A stretch of 64,000 bases of DNA from Saccostrea echinata (taxonomy: Eukaryota). Positions 34,734 to 47,200 of the stretch are shown here, piece after piece. Position 1 is the first letter of the stretch. Every line of letters starts with the position of its first letter. The notes beneath the pieces are model-generated. The model ran no database searches and was not told the origin of the DNA. It saw only the letters and a program-made list of their open reading frames with translations. Position numbers and translations under genes: made by a program. The stretch is taken from contig NW_026889761.1 of NCBI RefSeq assembly GCF_033153115.1, forward strand, positions 7,688,001 to 7,752,000, in the 5' to 3' direction.

Positions 34734-35034
34734 TTATTAAATTTCACAAGTTCAGCATTATTTTACTAGAATAATTTTAAATAATCTAAAAATTTAAACC
34801 TAAGTAATGCAGACTATATTCTAGATCTCCACATCATTTAGATAAATGTTTCTGATACATATAGATAACGACACGGGAAAATTTGCAGAATAAAATATGA
34901 CGCTGTATTGAAATATAAATTCGTTGTCGAAGCTTGAAATCCATGAACAAGAAAACATAAAACATAGTACACAAATTCAGAAAAGAGAAAGTTATTGTGA
35001 TTTTGCTACACAATTTCCAAAGTAACAGTTCATT

Positions 35035-37602
35035 TCAAATGTATAGGTCTTTCTCTATTTCTTGTCTAAGCGTTTCCCAGAACATTTGATATCCAAAAGG
35101 CTCTTCGGGATATTCTTGATAATAACCCTTCTTTATAAAATCACTAGCTTTTTGAGGATATCTTGTCTTGCAAACATCTGGCATTAAAATTAAATGCACA
35201 AAATTTAATGTTTTTCTTGTCTGAACTCCTTCCATCCTGGCCATATTTAACTCGTAGTCCTGCCAGTCAGATTCCAGAAAATTCTTGGAAACAACACAAA
35301 TTGTTCTTTTACTTCGACTGATGTAGTCCATTATATTATTTGCGTGATCTCCGTGAGGTTCCATGTCTCTATGCATTATTGCTAGTCTTATATGATGTCC
35401 ACTCTCATCTTCAAGGTTAGGTATCATTTCTTCTTTTACAAATGATACATCTTTTGCCGAGTACGATATATATGCGTCATATTCAAAATTCCCGACGCTA
35501 CAACTCGATTGAAGCCGATGATACCCCCTAAATTTTTTTCCTGCCATATATCGTATGTAGCGTATTTTCCAGCGGTTTTTATAAACTAAGTAACATGCAG
35601 TTATTGTCACCACTAAAGTACATCCAATAGAACTGATTACATACCAAATCAGGTATGATTTACACTTTTTGTTTAAAATATACAAAGATTTCTGAAGATT
35701 TTGTATATGGCGAAACTCGTCCAAGCAGAAATATTCGCTGAAGTCTTTAAAATGAGAAGAAAATCTTACAATCCAGTGAAGAAAGTTAATGTTTTCGCAG
35801 GTGCATGAAAGACGATTATTGCTTAAGTCCACTATTAGATTTTCACTTTGAAAATGCTGATTAAGATATTCTATGTCAGTAGAAGTAAAGGCCTCTATAC
35901 GGTTACCTGACAAATCTAAAAATGTTAAATTTTTCATATGATTTATTTTCACTCCCCACTTATTAAGCCTATTATCTTGCAGCAACAATTGCTTGATGTT
36001 TGTGCTATTTTTGAATATTTCCTCTGGTAGATATTCTATATCATTATTAGATAAGTCTAAGAATTCCAGGTTTCTCTGACTTCTGAAAATTAATCCTTTA
36101 GAATCCGACGATAAACTCCTTGCGATATTGTTATCTCTGAGTTTTAATATTTTCACACCAGGAGCATGGGATAAAAATTCTGTTGATATATTGTAGCAAA
36201 AATTTTGAGAGAGATCAAGTTCTTCTATCGCCTCCAATCCATAAACGGGACCTTTCCATGAGTACCAAATGTTGTTTTGCACGAATATTTTTCTTAAGGA
36301 TGGTGCATGAACCCCGAATTTGCCTAGAACCCCAAAAACACGACTTGACGTCCAATACAAAATCTCAAGCTTTGGTGGTGCATAAAACGTAATATATAGT
36401 TCAGAATGAATTTTACTTGCCCTTTTGTACTCCAAATGCAAATCCTGACCTTTTTTTATTTTGCATGGATTAGATTTAGAGAGTTGATCACGTGCGCCTG
36501 ATGTGCAATTAGAAGGACGTATGTCTGGATTCTCATCGCACCTCTGAAATAATTTAGTTGTTATATTTGGTAGGTTTAGCTGATAACTAGCATTAAATAC
36601 TTTCAATTCTTCCAATAAGCGATAATCAACAGAATATATCCCCACTGATAGTCTGTTATTTGCCAGAGACAGGTTTTGGAGTGTTTTGGGGAGATTATGT
36701 AAGACGCATTCTCCAATCCATTGTAGCCGATTTCCTGCTAAATTTAATTCTTCTAACGACGTATTTGAAAGGTATTCTAGGTGACTCTGAAACAGTTGTG
36801 TGTCGGCTCCTCCCAGGCACCTGATATTTTCCAAGTGTAGTTTCTTGATATTTGTATATTGCAGATTAAATGTTATGTTTTGTAAACTAGCAAATCCTAA
36901 TTCTATGTTGTAAGAAAGAAACAATTCTGATAAATGTTCCAAAATACCAAAAGCTCCAACATCAACATTTTTGATTCTGCATGCTGAGAGATCCAAGATA
37001 CTCAGAAATGGAAAGTATTGAAATGTTGTGTTTTTAATTCGTCTAATATAACAGTATCCATTTATTCCTGAAAGATCCAAAATATGCAGTCTTCTTAACT
37101 GAGAAAAATGTTCTCCAAAAACTGTTCCGTTTGGCGTGTCGATGCGAATAACTTCTAATTCTTTCAATTCTGCAAACACGGTGTCATTGATAAATCCATC
37201 TTCCGAGTTGTGTTTAATATTTAGATAACGCAATGATACCAGAGGGGAAAATAATCCTTTAAAGTAATTTTCATTTGAAAGTTTCACTTCATTTCTTTCC
37301 AGATTTAAAACTTTTAAATTCTCAAGACAATAGAATGGATTCTGAGAGAAATTTCCGATACTGTTGTTTGATAAGTCCAGCTCTATAATTTGAGATGGGT
37401 CAATAGTTATTGTTCTATTGGAAACAGTTTTCACAGCCTGGGTATTTTGACAAAAATCTGGCACAGTTAAGAATTCCTGGGAGGAACAATTTACTTTTAC
37501 TCCATCTCTTTCCCTATCATAAGTACAGCTCTCAATCAAATAACATTTCGCTTCAATGTTTATGTATATTAAAAAGACACAAAGGTATGCAATTTTATCC
37601 AT
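35035..37602 (-). CDS. Toll-like receptor B (single-exon LRR-TM-TIR), 855 aa
   Basis: Signal peptide, LRRs, LRRCT NRLSCTCEN..FLHW, TM LIWYVISSIGCTLVVTITACYLVY, TIR YDAYISY / HRDMEPH / FWETL. Confidence 0.95.
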   Translation of the reverse strand: MDKIAYLCVFLIYINIEAKCYLIESCTYDRERDGVKVNCSSQEFLTVPDFCQNTQAVKTVSNRTITIDPSQIIELDLSNNSIGNFSQNPFYCLENLKVLNLERNEVKLSNENYFKGLFSPLVSLRYLNIKHNSEDGFINDTVFAELKELEVIRIDTPNGTVFGEHFSQLRRLHILDLSGINGYCYIRRIKNTTFQYFPFLSILDLSACRIKNVDVGAFGILEHLSELFLSYNIELGFASLQNITFNLQYTNIKKLHLENIRCLGGADTQLFQSHLEYLSNTSLEELNLAGNRLQWIGECVLHNLPKTLQNLSLANNRLSVGIYSVDYRLLEELKVFNASYQLNLPNITTKLFQRCDENPDIRPSNCTSGARDQLSKSNPCKIKKGQDLHLEYKRASKIHSELYITFYAPPKLEILYWTSSRVFGVLGKFGVHAPSLRKIFVQNNIWYSWKGPVYGLEAIEELDLSQNFCYNISTEFLSHAPGVKILKLRDNNIARSLSSDSKGLIFRSQRNLEFLDLSNNDIEYLPEEIFKNSTNIKQLLLQDNRLNKWGVKINHMKNLTFLDLSGNRIEAFTSTDIEYLNQHFQSENLIVDLSNNRLSCTCENINFLHWIVRFSSHFKDFSEYFCLDEFRHIQNLQKSLYILNKKCKSYLIWYVISSIGCTLVVTITACYLVYKNRWKIRYIRYMAGKKFRGYHRLQSSCSVGNFEYDAYISYSAKDVSFVKEEMIPNLEDESGHHIRLAIMHRDMEPHGDHANNIMDYISRSKRTICVVSKNFLESDWQDYELNMARMEGVQTRKTLNFVHLILMPDVCKTRYPQKASDFIKKGYYQEYPEEPFGYQMFWETLRQEIEKDLYI

Positions 37603-38034
37603 GATACGAAGGCTGTAAACAAAGAAGGGCTATTTAATGAAAGCAATAATTATAATAATCACATTCAGCTCCTAAGCACTTATAAAAATCCAAATCAATC
37701 GGATTTCTTCAAAATTGAAACATCAGACCTGTTTAAGACGACGTGACTGTACCATGCAATGCTAAGATTGTTGAGGACTATAAAAAAAATACATATAAAT
37801 CGCAACCCGGAAATAAACGTTTCAGGACTTCCACACGGAAGTAACTATTTGTTATCTTGTTGTTTATTTATTTATTTATATTTTTGGACATCAAATACTC
37901 TTAATTAGATGAAATAATTAGGCCCAAAAGAAAAGCAATTGAGGAATTGCTTATGTATTTACAGGAAATCAACAGGATAACTTTAACGCTAGCGCTAGAG
38001 GCATGTGGAATCTTTCCTTCAACTTTATTTACAT

Positions 38035-38191
38035 NNNNNNNNNNNNNNNNNNNNNNNNNNNNNNNNNNNNNNNNNNNNNNNNNNNNNNNNNNNNNNNNNN
38101 NNNNNNNNNNNNNNNNNNNNNNNNNNNNNNNNNNNNNNNNNNNNNNNNNNNNNNNNNNNNNNNNNNNNNNNNNNNNNNNNNNNNNNNNNNN
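38035..38191. other. Assembly gap (others at 46008-46162, 53326-53526, 56963-57144)
   Basis: Runs of N. Confidence 1.
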
Positions 38192-38817
38192 GCTTATTTC
38201 AAATACTAGCACTTAATTACGCTCAATTGAAAAATTCAGTTATTACAATTAAAATCTTTCTGTATTGGATTTTAAATCAATTAAATGTCTTAGTCTACAT
38301 TTTAAAGTGTCATCAGGATCTTTTTGTGGAGATAAGGCATTGACTACGGGGAAGACACATTAGCATATATATGTATAAAGTCCTTAAATTTTACTGAACT
38401 TAAATTTCAAAAGCACAACGTTATCACAGAAAGAATTATAACAGCGGGCTCCTATTAGTCAATACTATTCTTGTTTGTGAATATATATTTTGTCTCGATC
38501 AAATTTTAGAGATATACTGACCTACAATTGATATATTGTTCTATCAGTATATAATTATTATATTATCGCTTTAAATTAAAAGGTTACCGGAAAACTGCCA
38601 AACATAACACAAATTTTTATTGTTTCCTTTTTTGTCTTTGGAAGTGTCACATGGCAGTAAGAGGAAAAATGTCTAAAGAACTTCTTGTTAATAATCTAGA
38701 GATTGCGCATTTCGATTATGTAAAATACTGGTTAAGAGTCCAAGAGTGTCACCTTTAATCAAGTTTGGTAAAATGAACCCTGTACAATAGCATCTTTCAG
38801 TGACAAAACTTCTCTAT

Positions 38818-39155
38818 ACCGGTCGCAGTAGCCCAGCGGTACATGTAGGTCGTCCCTTCTTGATCGGAAGGTCAAGGTATGATTCTCGTTCCCGGCGCAG
38901 CGTCAGACTTGAGACGTATTACACAAGTATTGACTGTTCCTTCGCCATGCTCCCGGTACTAAGATTGAAAGTCATCGGTCTTTCGGATATGGCCTTAAAT
39001 CCATAGGTCCTGCGTTACGGTAGGCGTTCATGAAATCAAGAACCCTGACTGTTCAACGGCCTGCGTGCAGGGTATAGGTCTGAATATGAAGCCTTTCACT
39101 GGTACTTTGTGACGTTTGATATAGATGAAAAACTCTCGCAAGGGAGTTTTCAACA
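38818..39155 (+). mobile_element. tRNA-derived SINE, diverged
   Basis: Core TTTCGGATATGGCCTTAAATCCATAGGTCC and tail GATGAAAAACTCTCG match the family. Confidence 0.7.
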
Positions 39156-39244
39156 TGGAATGAATACCTATTATGAATCATATTCAGGTTTTGTTAATAT
39201 ATTCCTTTCAAGCAAGAGACAAGGTTAAGTATTATTAAAAGAGC

Positions 39245-41117
39245 AGAAAACTATTGATACGGACATTCCTGTCTTTCAGACTCTGGAGGCAACGCTTCAA
39301 ACCTTCAATCACCATTCTATATGAGTTTTCTCTCTCTGAAACCTGCAAAATGAGGATTTTGTATAATCTTTCAGTTTTTCCAGGTTATTCTTTTTTTAAT
39401 ATACATTAAAACACTTTTACCTATTTCATCTCATATTATAGAATTGGAATAAAAAATTAAAAATAACAACTAGTTTTCATCAGTTTTTATCTACAAAGTA
39501 CTTCAAACTTGTATATTTATTGTATGAAATACTTCTTATAAAATATATTTACCTGAACTAATTCAACTGCCAAGATCAATCCATAAGATATGAACTCTGA
39601 ATGTTCCTGAATGTCCTTTCACTAATGCACATGATGTTCATATTGTTAAACAGTTGAAGAGCTTTGGATACACTAGCCCCTGAGAATAAAATACTGCCTT
39701 CTACTTCCAAGTTTCCAGAAGGTAGCCTTGAAGTCATGGGCTGGCTACCCCAACTGAACACAAATCCACAAGCGGCACAGGAAGACAACATGCGCACAAA
39801 TGACCTCTTTATCACAACTCTGCACTGCTCTTGACAACTCCTACAGGATGACAAAAGTTCTTTCAAGCAACTCTCATAGACTATGTATTTCCTCTCTCTA
39901 TGGGCTCTGTCTTCTTGATGGTCTGTGATATCCCTGAGGAATATAAAACAATAATATCAAACTTTCCTTTGAAGTAAATATAAAGTAGAAAAGCAATAGA
40001 CTTTAAAAAGGTTTTTCTCACAATAAAATTAGATCTGAAGGGAATAAATAACAGTTTTTCTATAACAGATTTTAGAGTATAGTTGAATACTTGGAAAGGG
40101 TGGAGATATATTATGCTTACAGTTCATCAATTGCTTCATCACAGTCATCATCAGATTCATCACCTGGAAGCCAATCTTCATCGTCCTCGTCTGAGCTGTC
40201 CTCTGGGTCTGTGTCTTGTTGATCTTCCTCATTGCACTGGAGGGATAGTCCTGCTGCATCAGTCACAGTTCCCACAGATCTCTGGACCACATCATCTGTC
40301 ATAGTTGCCGTTGATTTCAAACATCAAAATATAAAGTGAAAATGTATGTATATGTTTGTTGCTGAGGGGCTTGTTGTTTGTTTTTTCTTTCTCATAAAAT
40401 TCATTAATACATTATTTTATCTATAAAAATATACATATTTATAAAAGATAATAAAGCATAGAGAAACATGTCATTTAAACATACAACACAATATATAGAA
40501 ATTCTATAATATTCCACAATTGAAAATATTGCCAATGGTTCCAAGCAGTTTAATATCGCTCATTTACTTACTTGGATTTGTGCAATGTTTTTATTTTAAA
40601 AATATATGTTTTTATGACTCTGGGTCAAAGGGAAAAAATTAAAAACAGGACACACACAAATCAGTCATTCGGGTCAGGTGTAAAAATATGATGTATTGGA
40701 CCTGTTGGAACAAATTCTTATTTCTATAAACATGATAAATACATACCCTTTGTGCTTCCCTCTTTTGAAAGCTGGCTTGATACTTGGTATGACGACTTGT
40801 GGACTTAGGAGAAGGGTCGGGTGTGCATCGGGCTTTAATCTTACTTTAAATCCTGTAAGATTCATTGAGTCCACTACAGATAGGTTCTTTGTAAAGCAGT
40901 CCGAAGTAAAATGGTAGGAACAAACGACAGAATGATAATTTGGGGTCCATAACTTGTCTAACGTAGTGGATGTCGAAGCAGGGTTGACTCTGTTTACTTG
41001 GTAAATCCACTTTAAATACAGATCTTTCTTCTTCTTAGCGTTTGGAAACCTATGAAAACTCACACCAACAGTATTTTCTGGATTGTTCTTACAATTTACA
41101 ACCGCACAAATCACCAT
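39245..41117 (-). pseudogene. THAP-domain transposase (Kolobok-type), spliced, catalytic region deleted
   Basis: THAP C2CH domain: CAVVNC...SFHRFP...W...VCSYHF...LKPDAHPT. Then an acidic exon (~40120-40320); KYIVYESCLKELLSSCRSCQEQC...CAAC..WGSQP..GN..ILFSG..ISERTF..QSSYL; and an exon VSERENSYRMVIEGLKRCLQSLKDRNVRINS (~39250-39342). Confidence 0.75.
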
Positions 41118-41587
41118 CTTTTACTGGTATTCAGGTCTTTTTCCGATGTCCATTTACTTTTCTTTTATCGCAGTGACTTTCTATGGTAGATATAACGTCA
41201 CTTCCGTTTTTACGACGGAAAGCTACGAGCGATCCCAAAAAGTGCCGAAAATTTACCTGTTTGTTTATTGGCTGTTTTCTACACTGTATGAATGAGTTAG
41301 AACACGGAGATTTTTACTAGGCTTGTGAATTATTTATTTTCTTCGCGATTCCGCACAGTTGTTACATGTTTCCGGAGACCTTTAAGATTTGGGACAACTT
41401 GATCTGAAAATTAGAAGTTTCATATTGATGTTTTGAATAAAAAAAATCGAATTAAAATCTACTCCAAGACAAGAACATATCGATCATTTTGAATTTTTTT
41501 AAAGGCAAAAATGAATTTTTTTTTACTTTTGTCACCAGATGTGAAGAAAATCATATTTTGAAATTATCCTTGTTTACTCATTTTTAA

Positions 41588-42481
41588 GGAGGTATTCTTC
41601 TCATATTTCTTGTATTTAAAAATTAATGAAATTTTCATAGATTCAAGAAGACATTATTATTAAGTAATGGTATCAAGTAGATTAAATTTGACCGTTTTAT
41701 TTTAAAAGCAAAATCGGGTCAAGGTCATTATAATTTTCCTTGACCTTAGGAATAAAAAATACTGTTGCCAATCACGCAATGCCTACTTCTATTTCAAAAG
41801 TTTAATGTTTTTCGTTTTGCATAAAAAGGTATTATAATTGGGGTCTCTCAGATGATACTACCAAATTGACATAAATATTTTAACTAAAATAGATATTGGC
41901 TAATCCGAATTTCCTCTATTTTCTTAGATTTTTAGGATATATAAGTTATTTTTATATGCTTCGTATATTTAAATTTTTCTTATTTTCACATATGGTAAAG
42001 TAGTCATATAAAGATACAAACTGATACAAAAAAAAATTTTGAAAGTTAACTAGAGAGAAAAACACTTTTTATGGAATTTTGGCTCAAATCTGTACTTAGA
42101 TCGGACGGTTTTAAAAACAAAATTGTAGTTTGTTTGAAAAATCATATTTATTTGATATATTTTAAAACTTCAGTCCATTATTTTTAATTTTAGTCTTTTA
42201 GTCTTTTAGTCTTTGATTGTTTAAAAATTTGAACTAAATTCATCGTTTTATAGTAATTTTGAGAAGCGGAAAAGGAGATATTTTCATACGCCGCCGTTCC
42301 GCCAAAAATATAGTCCCTGCTAGATTTCAAACCCAGTTTACAATTTCTATTTAAAGTTGTACAATTATGATGAGGAAAGAAAAATATGATCTTTTAAATC
42401 TCTTACATCTAATTTTATAAGACATATAACAAATATACTTTGAATATTTCATCTAGTCAGAAACCAGACAAGAATCCCTCC
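41588..42481. mobile_element. Non-autonomous TTAA-TSD element (Kolobok-like)
   Basis: TIR GGAGGTATTCTT / AAGAATCCCTCC (1 mismatch), TTAA on both sides. Confidence 0.75.
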
Positions 42482-43983
42482 TTAAGGGAAATTAATAGTA
42501 TGAAATGAATAAATAATTAAGGTATTTGATGTTAAAAGGGGGTGAGGTGGATGAATTGAAGAGAGGTTTTAATGGGATTTGAATATGCCCTTTTAATATT
42601 ACATTCTTTAATGCGGGACTAAGTGTAACCATACTTTAATTATTCTAACGAAAATTTCATGTAAAAGTTGTCTGTCTACATATAAACACACGATCACGTA
42701 AAACTAAATTCACTATAATCAATCTACATTGTTAAACTAATTTCCGAAATTTTTTTTTTATTTTGCTTTTTATTTTACATGGACATTGCAATTGGAAACA
42801 TAGATCGCACGGTAGCCTACATCTATGGTTAATTACTATATACCATAAAGAGGATGCAAAGGAATGTTTTAAAGAATCACTTTGGCTTTAGAAGCTTAAT
42901 TATATATTGAGGATTATTTATGCTAGTATATTTATAAAATGGTATTAAAAATCATCACAAAATGACAGGGGAAAGCTACGGATAGAGCGACATCGAAAAG
43001 TTTGCAAGCAGGTAGGTTTATTGAAGAATCTACTTACAAATAATTACTTTTGGGAAGGAAGTAAACTTTGAAAGAAATAGTTTATTTAGTATATTTAGTA
43101 AAGATTAAGAGCAAATCCGATAAAGAACAAAAAGATATCTAATTTAAAAATTAGCATATTGAGTTTTTGATTCATTTTTTGCTTATAACATGCTTGTTTT
43201 ACCGGTACAGTATAAAAAGCATCTAGGTCCAACATTTTTTTCCTGCAATACGTACTTTTTAATTTTTTTTTTATTTCGGAAATACATGTATTATGAACTC
43301 TCAGTATATCGTTTCGATTCATAGAAAAAGAAAACTAATTAATGCCTTGAGTCAGTATTTTATGTAATTAGATATGTAACGAAGCGGTACAAGCAAAGTC
43401 AATATATATTTTCAGTGATAAATATAAATACATATTAAAATTAAATCAATTCATCAATACTATGTACATGTACATTGTAAACAGAAATAAAAAATCGAGT
43501 TTAGATGTGTATTCTATATTGTTCTCTCTTCTGTTTTTCAGACTTTTTGTGACAGAAAGTGCCTATGAAATTGATTTTTTTCAACAGCCCTGACGATCGC
43601 CAAGAAGTTTTAAAGCACAAGAAAGACCACCCAATGATTTTCCCAAGCATTTTTCCCTCCAATCAATGTGGCTTAGCTATAATTGATTGTGGATTTCAAG
43701 GCATGTTTCCTGAGCCACTCCTGCCTCATAGATTCTGCTCTATAGTTTCATGTTTTGACAGTTATGATGTATACCACGATGATTTATCATATGAGTACAT
43801 GTACAAAAAATAGCAAGAAAATAGCCTAAAAATTGACGAGGCCAGCAACAAAGATTTATTGCAATGCACATTACCTACTTTTATAATTTTTATCCAATAA
43901 TTTATCAATCTTAAATTTAAAAGAGAGAATTACAATGATGAATAAAAATAAAAGAAATAAATATTAATTAACACGTTATTACA

Positions 43984-44280
43984 GTCGCCTGCGTGGCAAA
44001 GTGGTTAGAGCGTCTGCTCTAGAGTCGCGGAGCAAGGAGCTGATCCTTACCTCGCGGGTTCGAATCAACTGCGGGACGTGGAGACCGGTCCTTCGGAAAA
44101 GACCGTATAAACCGAGGTCCCATGTCGCAGTAGGTGTTGGCACGAAAAAGATCCTTCATTACTTAATGGCCCTGAGTGCCGAGTATAGGTATAGATTTGC
44201 AGCTCTCCACCGGCAAGTGGTGGCGTCTCCATATGAGTGAAAAATTCTCGAGAAGGACGTTAAACAAGAAAAAAAAAACA
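43984..44280 (+). mobile_element. Full-length tRNA-derived SINE (Nin/Deu-like core)
   Basis: A and B boxes; core TTCGGAAAAGACCGTATAAACCGAGGTCCC..AAAGATCC; A-rich tail; TSD TTATTACA at 43976-83 and 44281-88. Confidence 0.9.
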
Positions 44281-47200
44281 TTATTACACATTAAACAAAT
44301 TATAAAAAAAAAATTAAGTATTTATAATTTTTTTGAAAAATTAATTAATTGAAAAGAATCCCAATTTACAGACAAAATGTTTTCGGATGTTAGAGGAAAC
44401 AAACCCATTAACACATAATAATTTTAATACTTTTAATAGGGAAATAAGTAGATTGATGATTTCTTTATAGACCAACAATTAATTTAAAATTGAAGATATT
44501 TAATAATTATGGGGTGTTTTAAATAATCATTAAAATCCCATCCAGGGGAAAATACAGGAAGAAAAATACTTCTTCCTTCCTTAACTTTTAATCAGAGCCT
44601 TCAATCTGATCACCCTTAAATGAAATATACAAATGAAATTCATTTGTTAAAGAATAAACCACTGGCATGGATTCAAACACCCGATTATGACGGTGTCTTG
44701 TGCTTTTAAAAAGTGATAAACTTTGCTTTCATGGAGATACTTTTGCTGTTTTGCTGAAATCATATTTTTTACACAAGGCAGTCTTCGAATGAAAATTGAA
44801 AGTTAGGTTCTTTGCCAATAATTCTAATTATCAAAATCAATAAAGGTGAAATAGCGTATACCTTCGTTTCCTATCTATTTTCTGACGTCAACATTATCTA
44901 AAAATAGCTTTTGTATCTATTGTATATTCTAATATAAATTGTCGAGAATAAGCATAAAGGGAGATGTACGGGTTGTCTTGGTCCGTTAAATGTTGCATAG
45001 ATTGCACATTCTTGAGCGAGATCCACTCTATATATAGAAATCGCTCTATTGTAGTTCACAGTTGTGAGTTTTTATTGCCAGACCATCAGTTTATTATTTG
45101 CAGGATACAATAAAACTTCACTTCCGGCTTTCTAAATGTGTTCTCTCCCGAGGGAGATAGCAAAGATATATGAAGGGTTACACAAGTGGAAAGCATATCT
45201 GAACAATTGACTTCCGTCAGACTACGACATAAACCTTGCTGTCGATTTTCACTTTTGCGCAATAGTATGCAACGGTGAATTTATTTCAGTTATGAATGAA
45301 CGCACAATTTATGCCAAGGGTTACATCCTGTACGCGTAATAGTATATATTACATATATTATTATAGGTTGTCCCAGAAAAAAAATCTCATAAAGTGCCTG
45401 ACCAAATTTTTTCATTCTTGCACAATATTGGGAAATGATCTTTTTGTTATCATGGTAAAATACTATAAGGCTGTCATCTCATTTGTATATGGACATTGCA
45501 TTTTAAGGATTTTTATCACGTCTCAAATTTTTTTGATATGACAAAGTTTACATGCTCTGGCGTCATAGGTGTCAATCGTGGTCAGGCAAAGTACTTATTG
45601 TGTATACAAAACGGCTCATTTGTTGTGTCTATTAAACCTGTTAGTAAATAAATAAGTGATAATTGGATAATTCATAGCTATTAAGGAATAATTTGTGGCT
45701 TCTGGATGCAGAAATATGCACAAGAAAACATTTAGGAACTTTTTTTTTCATATTTCCTATACTTGGTCTAGAGGTGGAAGGGGACCTTTTTTCTGCAAAC
45801 GCGAAGGCTTCGTCTCCATTCTGAACAATCGTTTATGTCCGATCGCATTTTTTTTCTATACTTTGAAATATTTTAAGGACATGGTACTTTTCTAAAACGA
45901 GAAAAAATACCCAACACGCATTTTTAAAGTGACACAGAATCTAATACGAATGTTGTGCACTTCGTAAAGGCATACGGCACCATTGAACACTGTTCAAGTC
46001 ACTGTAANNNNNNNNNNNNNNNNNNNNNNNNNNNNNNNNNNNNNNNNNNNNNNNNNNNNNNNNNNNNNNNNNNNNNNNNNNNNNNNNNNNNNNNNNNNNN
46101 NNNNNNNNNNNNNNNNNNNNNNNNNNNNNNNNNNNNNNNNNNNNNNNNNNNNNNNNNNNNNNATCCTCATTTTTATAGATATTTACGAAGTCAATTTTAG
46201 TAATTCGTTCTATTTAGTCCAAGTCCCGAGTTGTCTACGGCTTCGTCTTCGGTGTCCTCTCTTATTGTCGGCATATTTTCTTGGTTATTTCTCTCTGCTA
46301 GACGTTCATACATAAAAGATTGACCGTCCATAACTAAAAGAATGTCGTTGATGTCAAAGTTTTCACCGACCTTATTGTGTTGTCTATTTATCTAACGTCA
46401 AAATCTATTTGATATATTTCTCTTACGATATACATGTATAAGCTTTTCGAGTTCTAATTGTCCATTGACACCTATGACGTTTCAGTACCACGTGACCCCT
46501 ATCTACATGTAATTAGTGGAGATTTTTACTTCGAGAACTCTATATTACAGGCGTTTAATTGCCCAATTATAACTGTTTTCAAAATTATTTCATAATTAAA
46601 CGATCATTATATGTTTCAAGAATATAATATTTCATTTTTAAGAAATTTAAATACGTGATAAAAACCCTTTAAAGAAAATCAAAAATTTGTGGTCGGCGTA
46701 TCACAGTTTTTTTTTACTATTTAAAAATAGCATTATCAGTGATGTTTTGTTTATTACCACTATTATACGGAACTATTATATGATAAAATTTACATTGGCA
46801 AAATTTTTGTGATATGTGGTTCTAATGTATGAAAATTCATTTGTTTTACATATCAAAAATGACAATTTAATAACGGTATATGCACAATTAATTTTCGTTA
46901 GATTTTGCCAGAAATGGCGACGTCGGGGGGGGGGGGGGTGACTTTTGTTTATGAGGGAAAGGGGATGAAAACTCTTGAATTACATAAACTTATCTTAGAG
47001 ACTAGTTTATACCTGGTAAGAGAGGTTCAAGGATGGCTTGATTGGTTTTTCCGATGAAAGTAGAGCTTGGTAAACCAACAAAAATGACGACAAATTGAAA
47101 AATAAGAAGCAGGACATCATACAAGGAGATCAATTTCTCTAGAAGTTGGAATCATGATCTGGGTTATAGAAAATTGTCTATTCAAAGAATTAATCACACG

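Larger units (their letters stand above)
38581..41381 (-). mobile_element. Internally deleted Kolobok-like DNA transposon
   Basis: Right end TTTCCGGAGACCT followed by TTAA (41382-85). Candidate left end AGGTTACCGGAAA after TTAAA matches 11/13. Contains THAP-transposase remnants. The left boundary is uncertain. Confidence 0.6.

Noticed and set aside
37901-38343. ORFs spanning N runs (also ~46.0k, 53.2-53.6k, 56.9-57.2k)
   Set aside because: Artefacts of assembly gaps.
43984-44075. tRNA genes at SINE heads
   Set aside because: A and B boxes are present, but there is no proper acceptor stem or cloverleaf and each is followed by a SINE body and tail.
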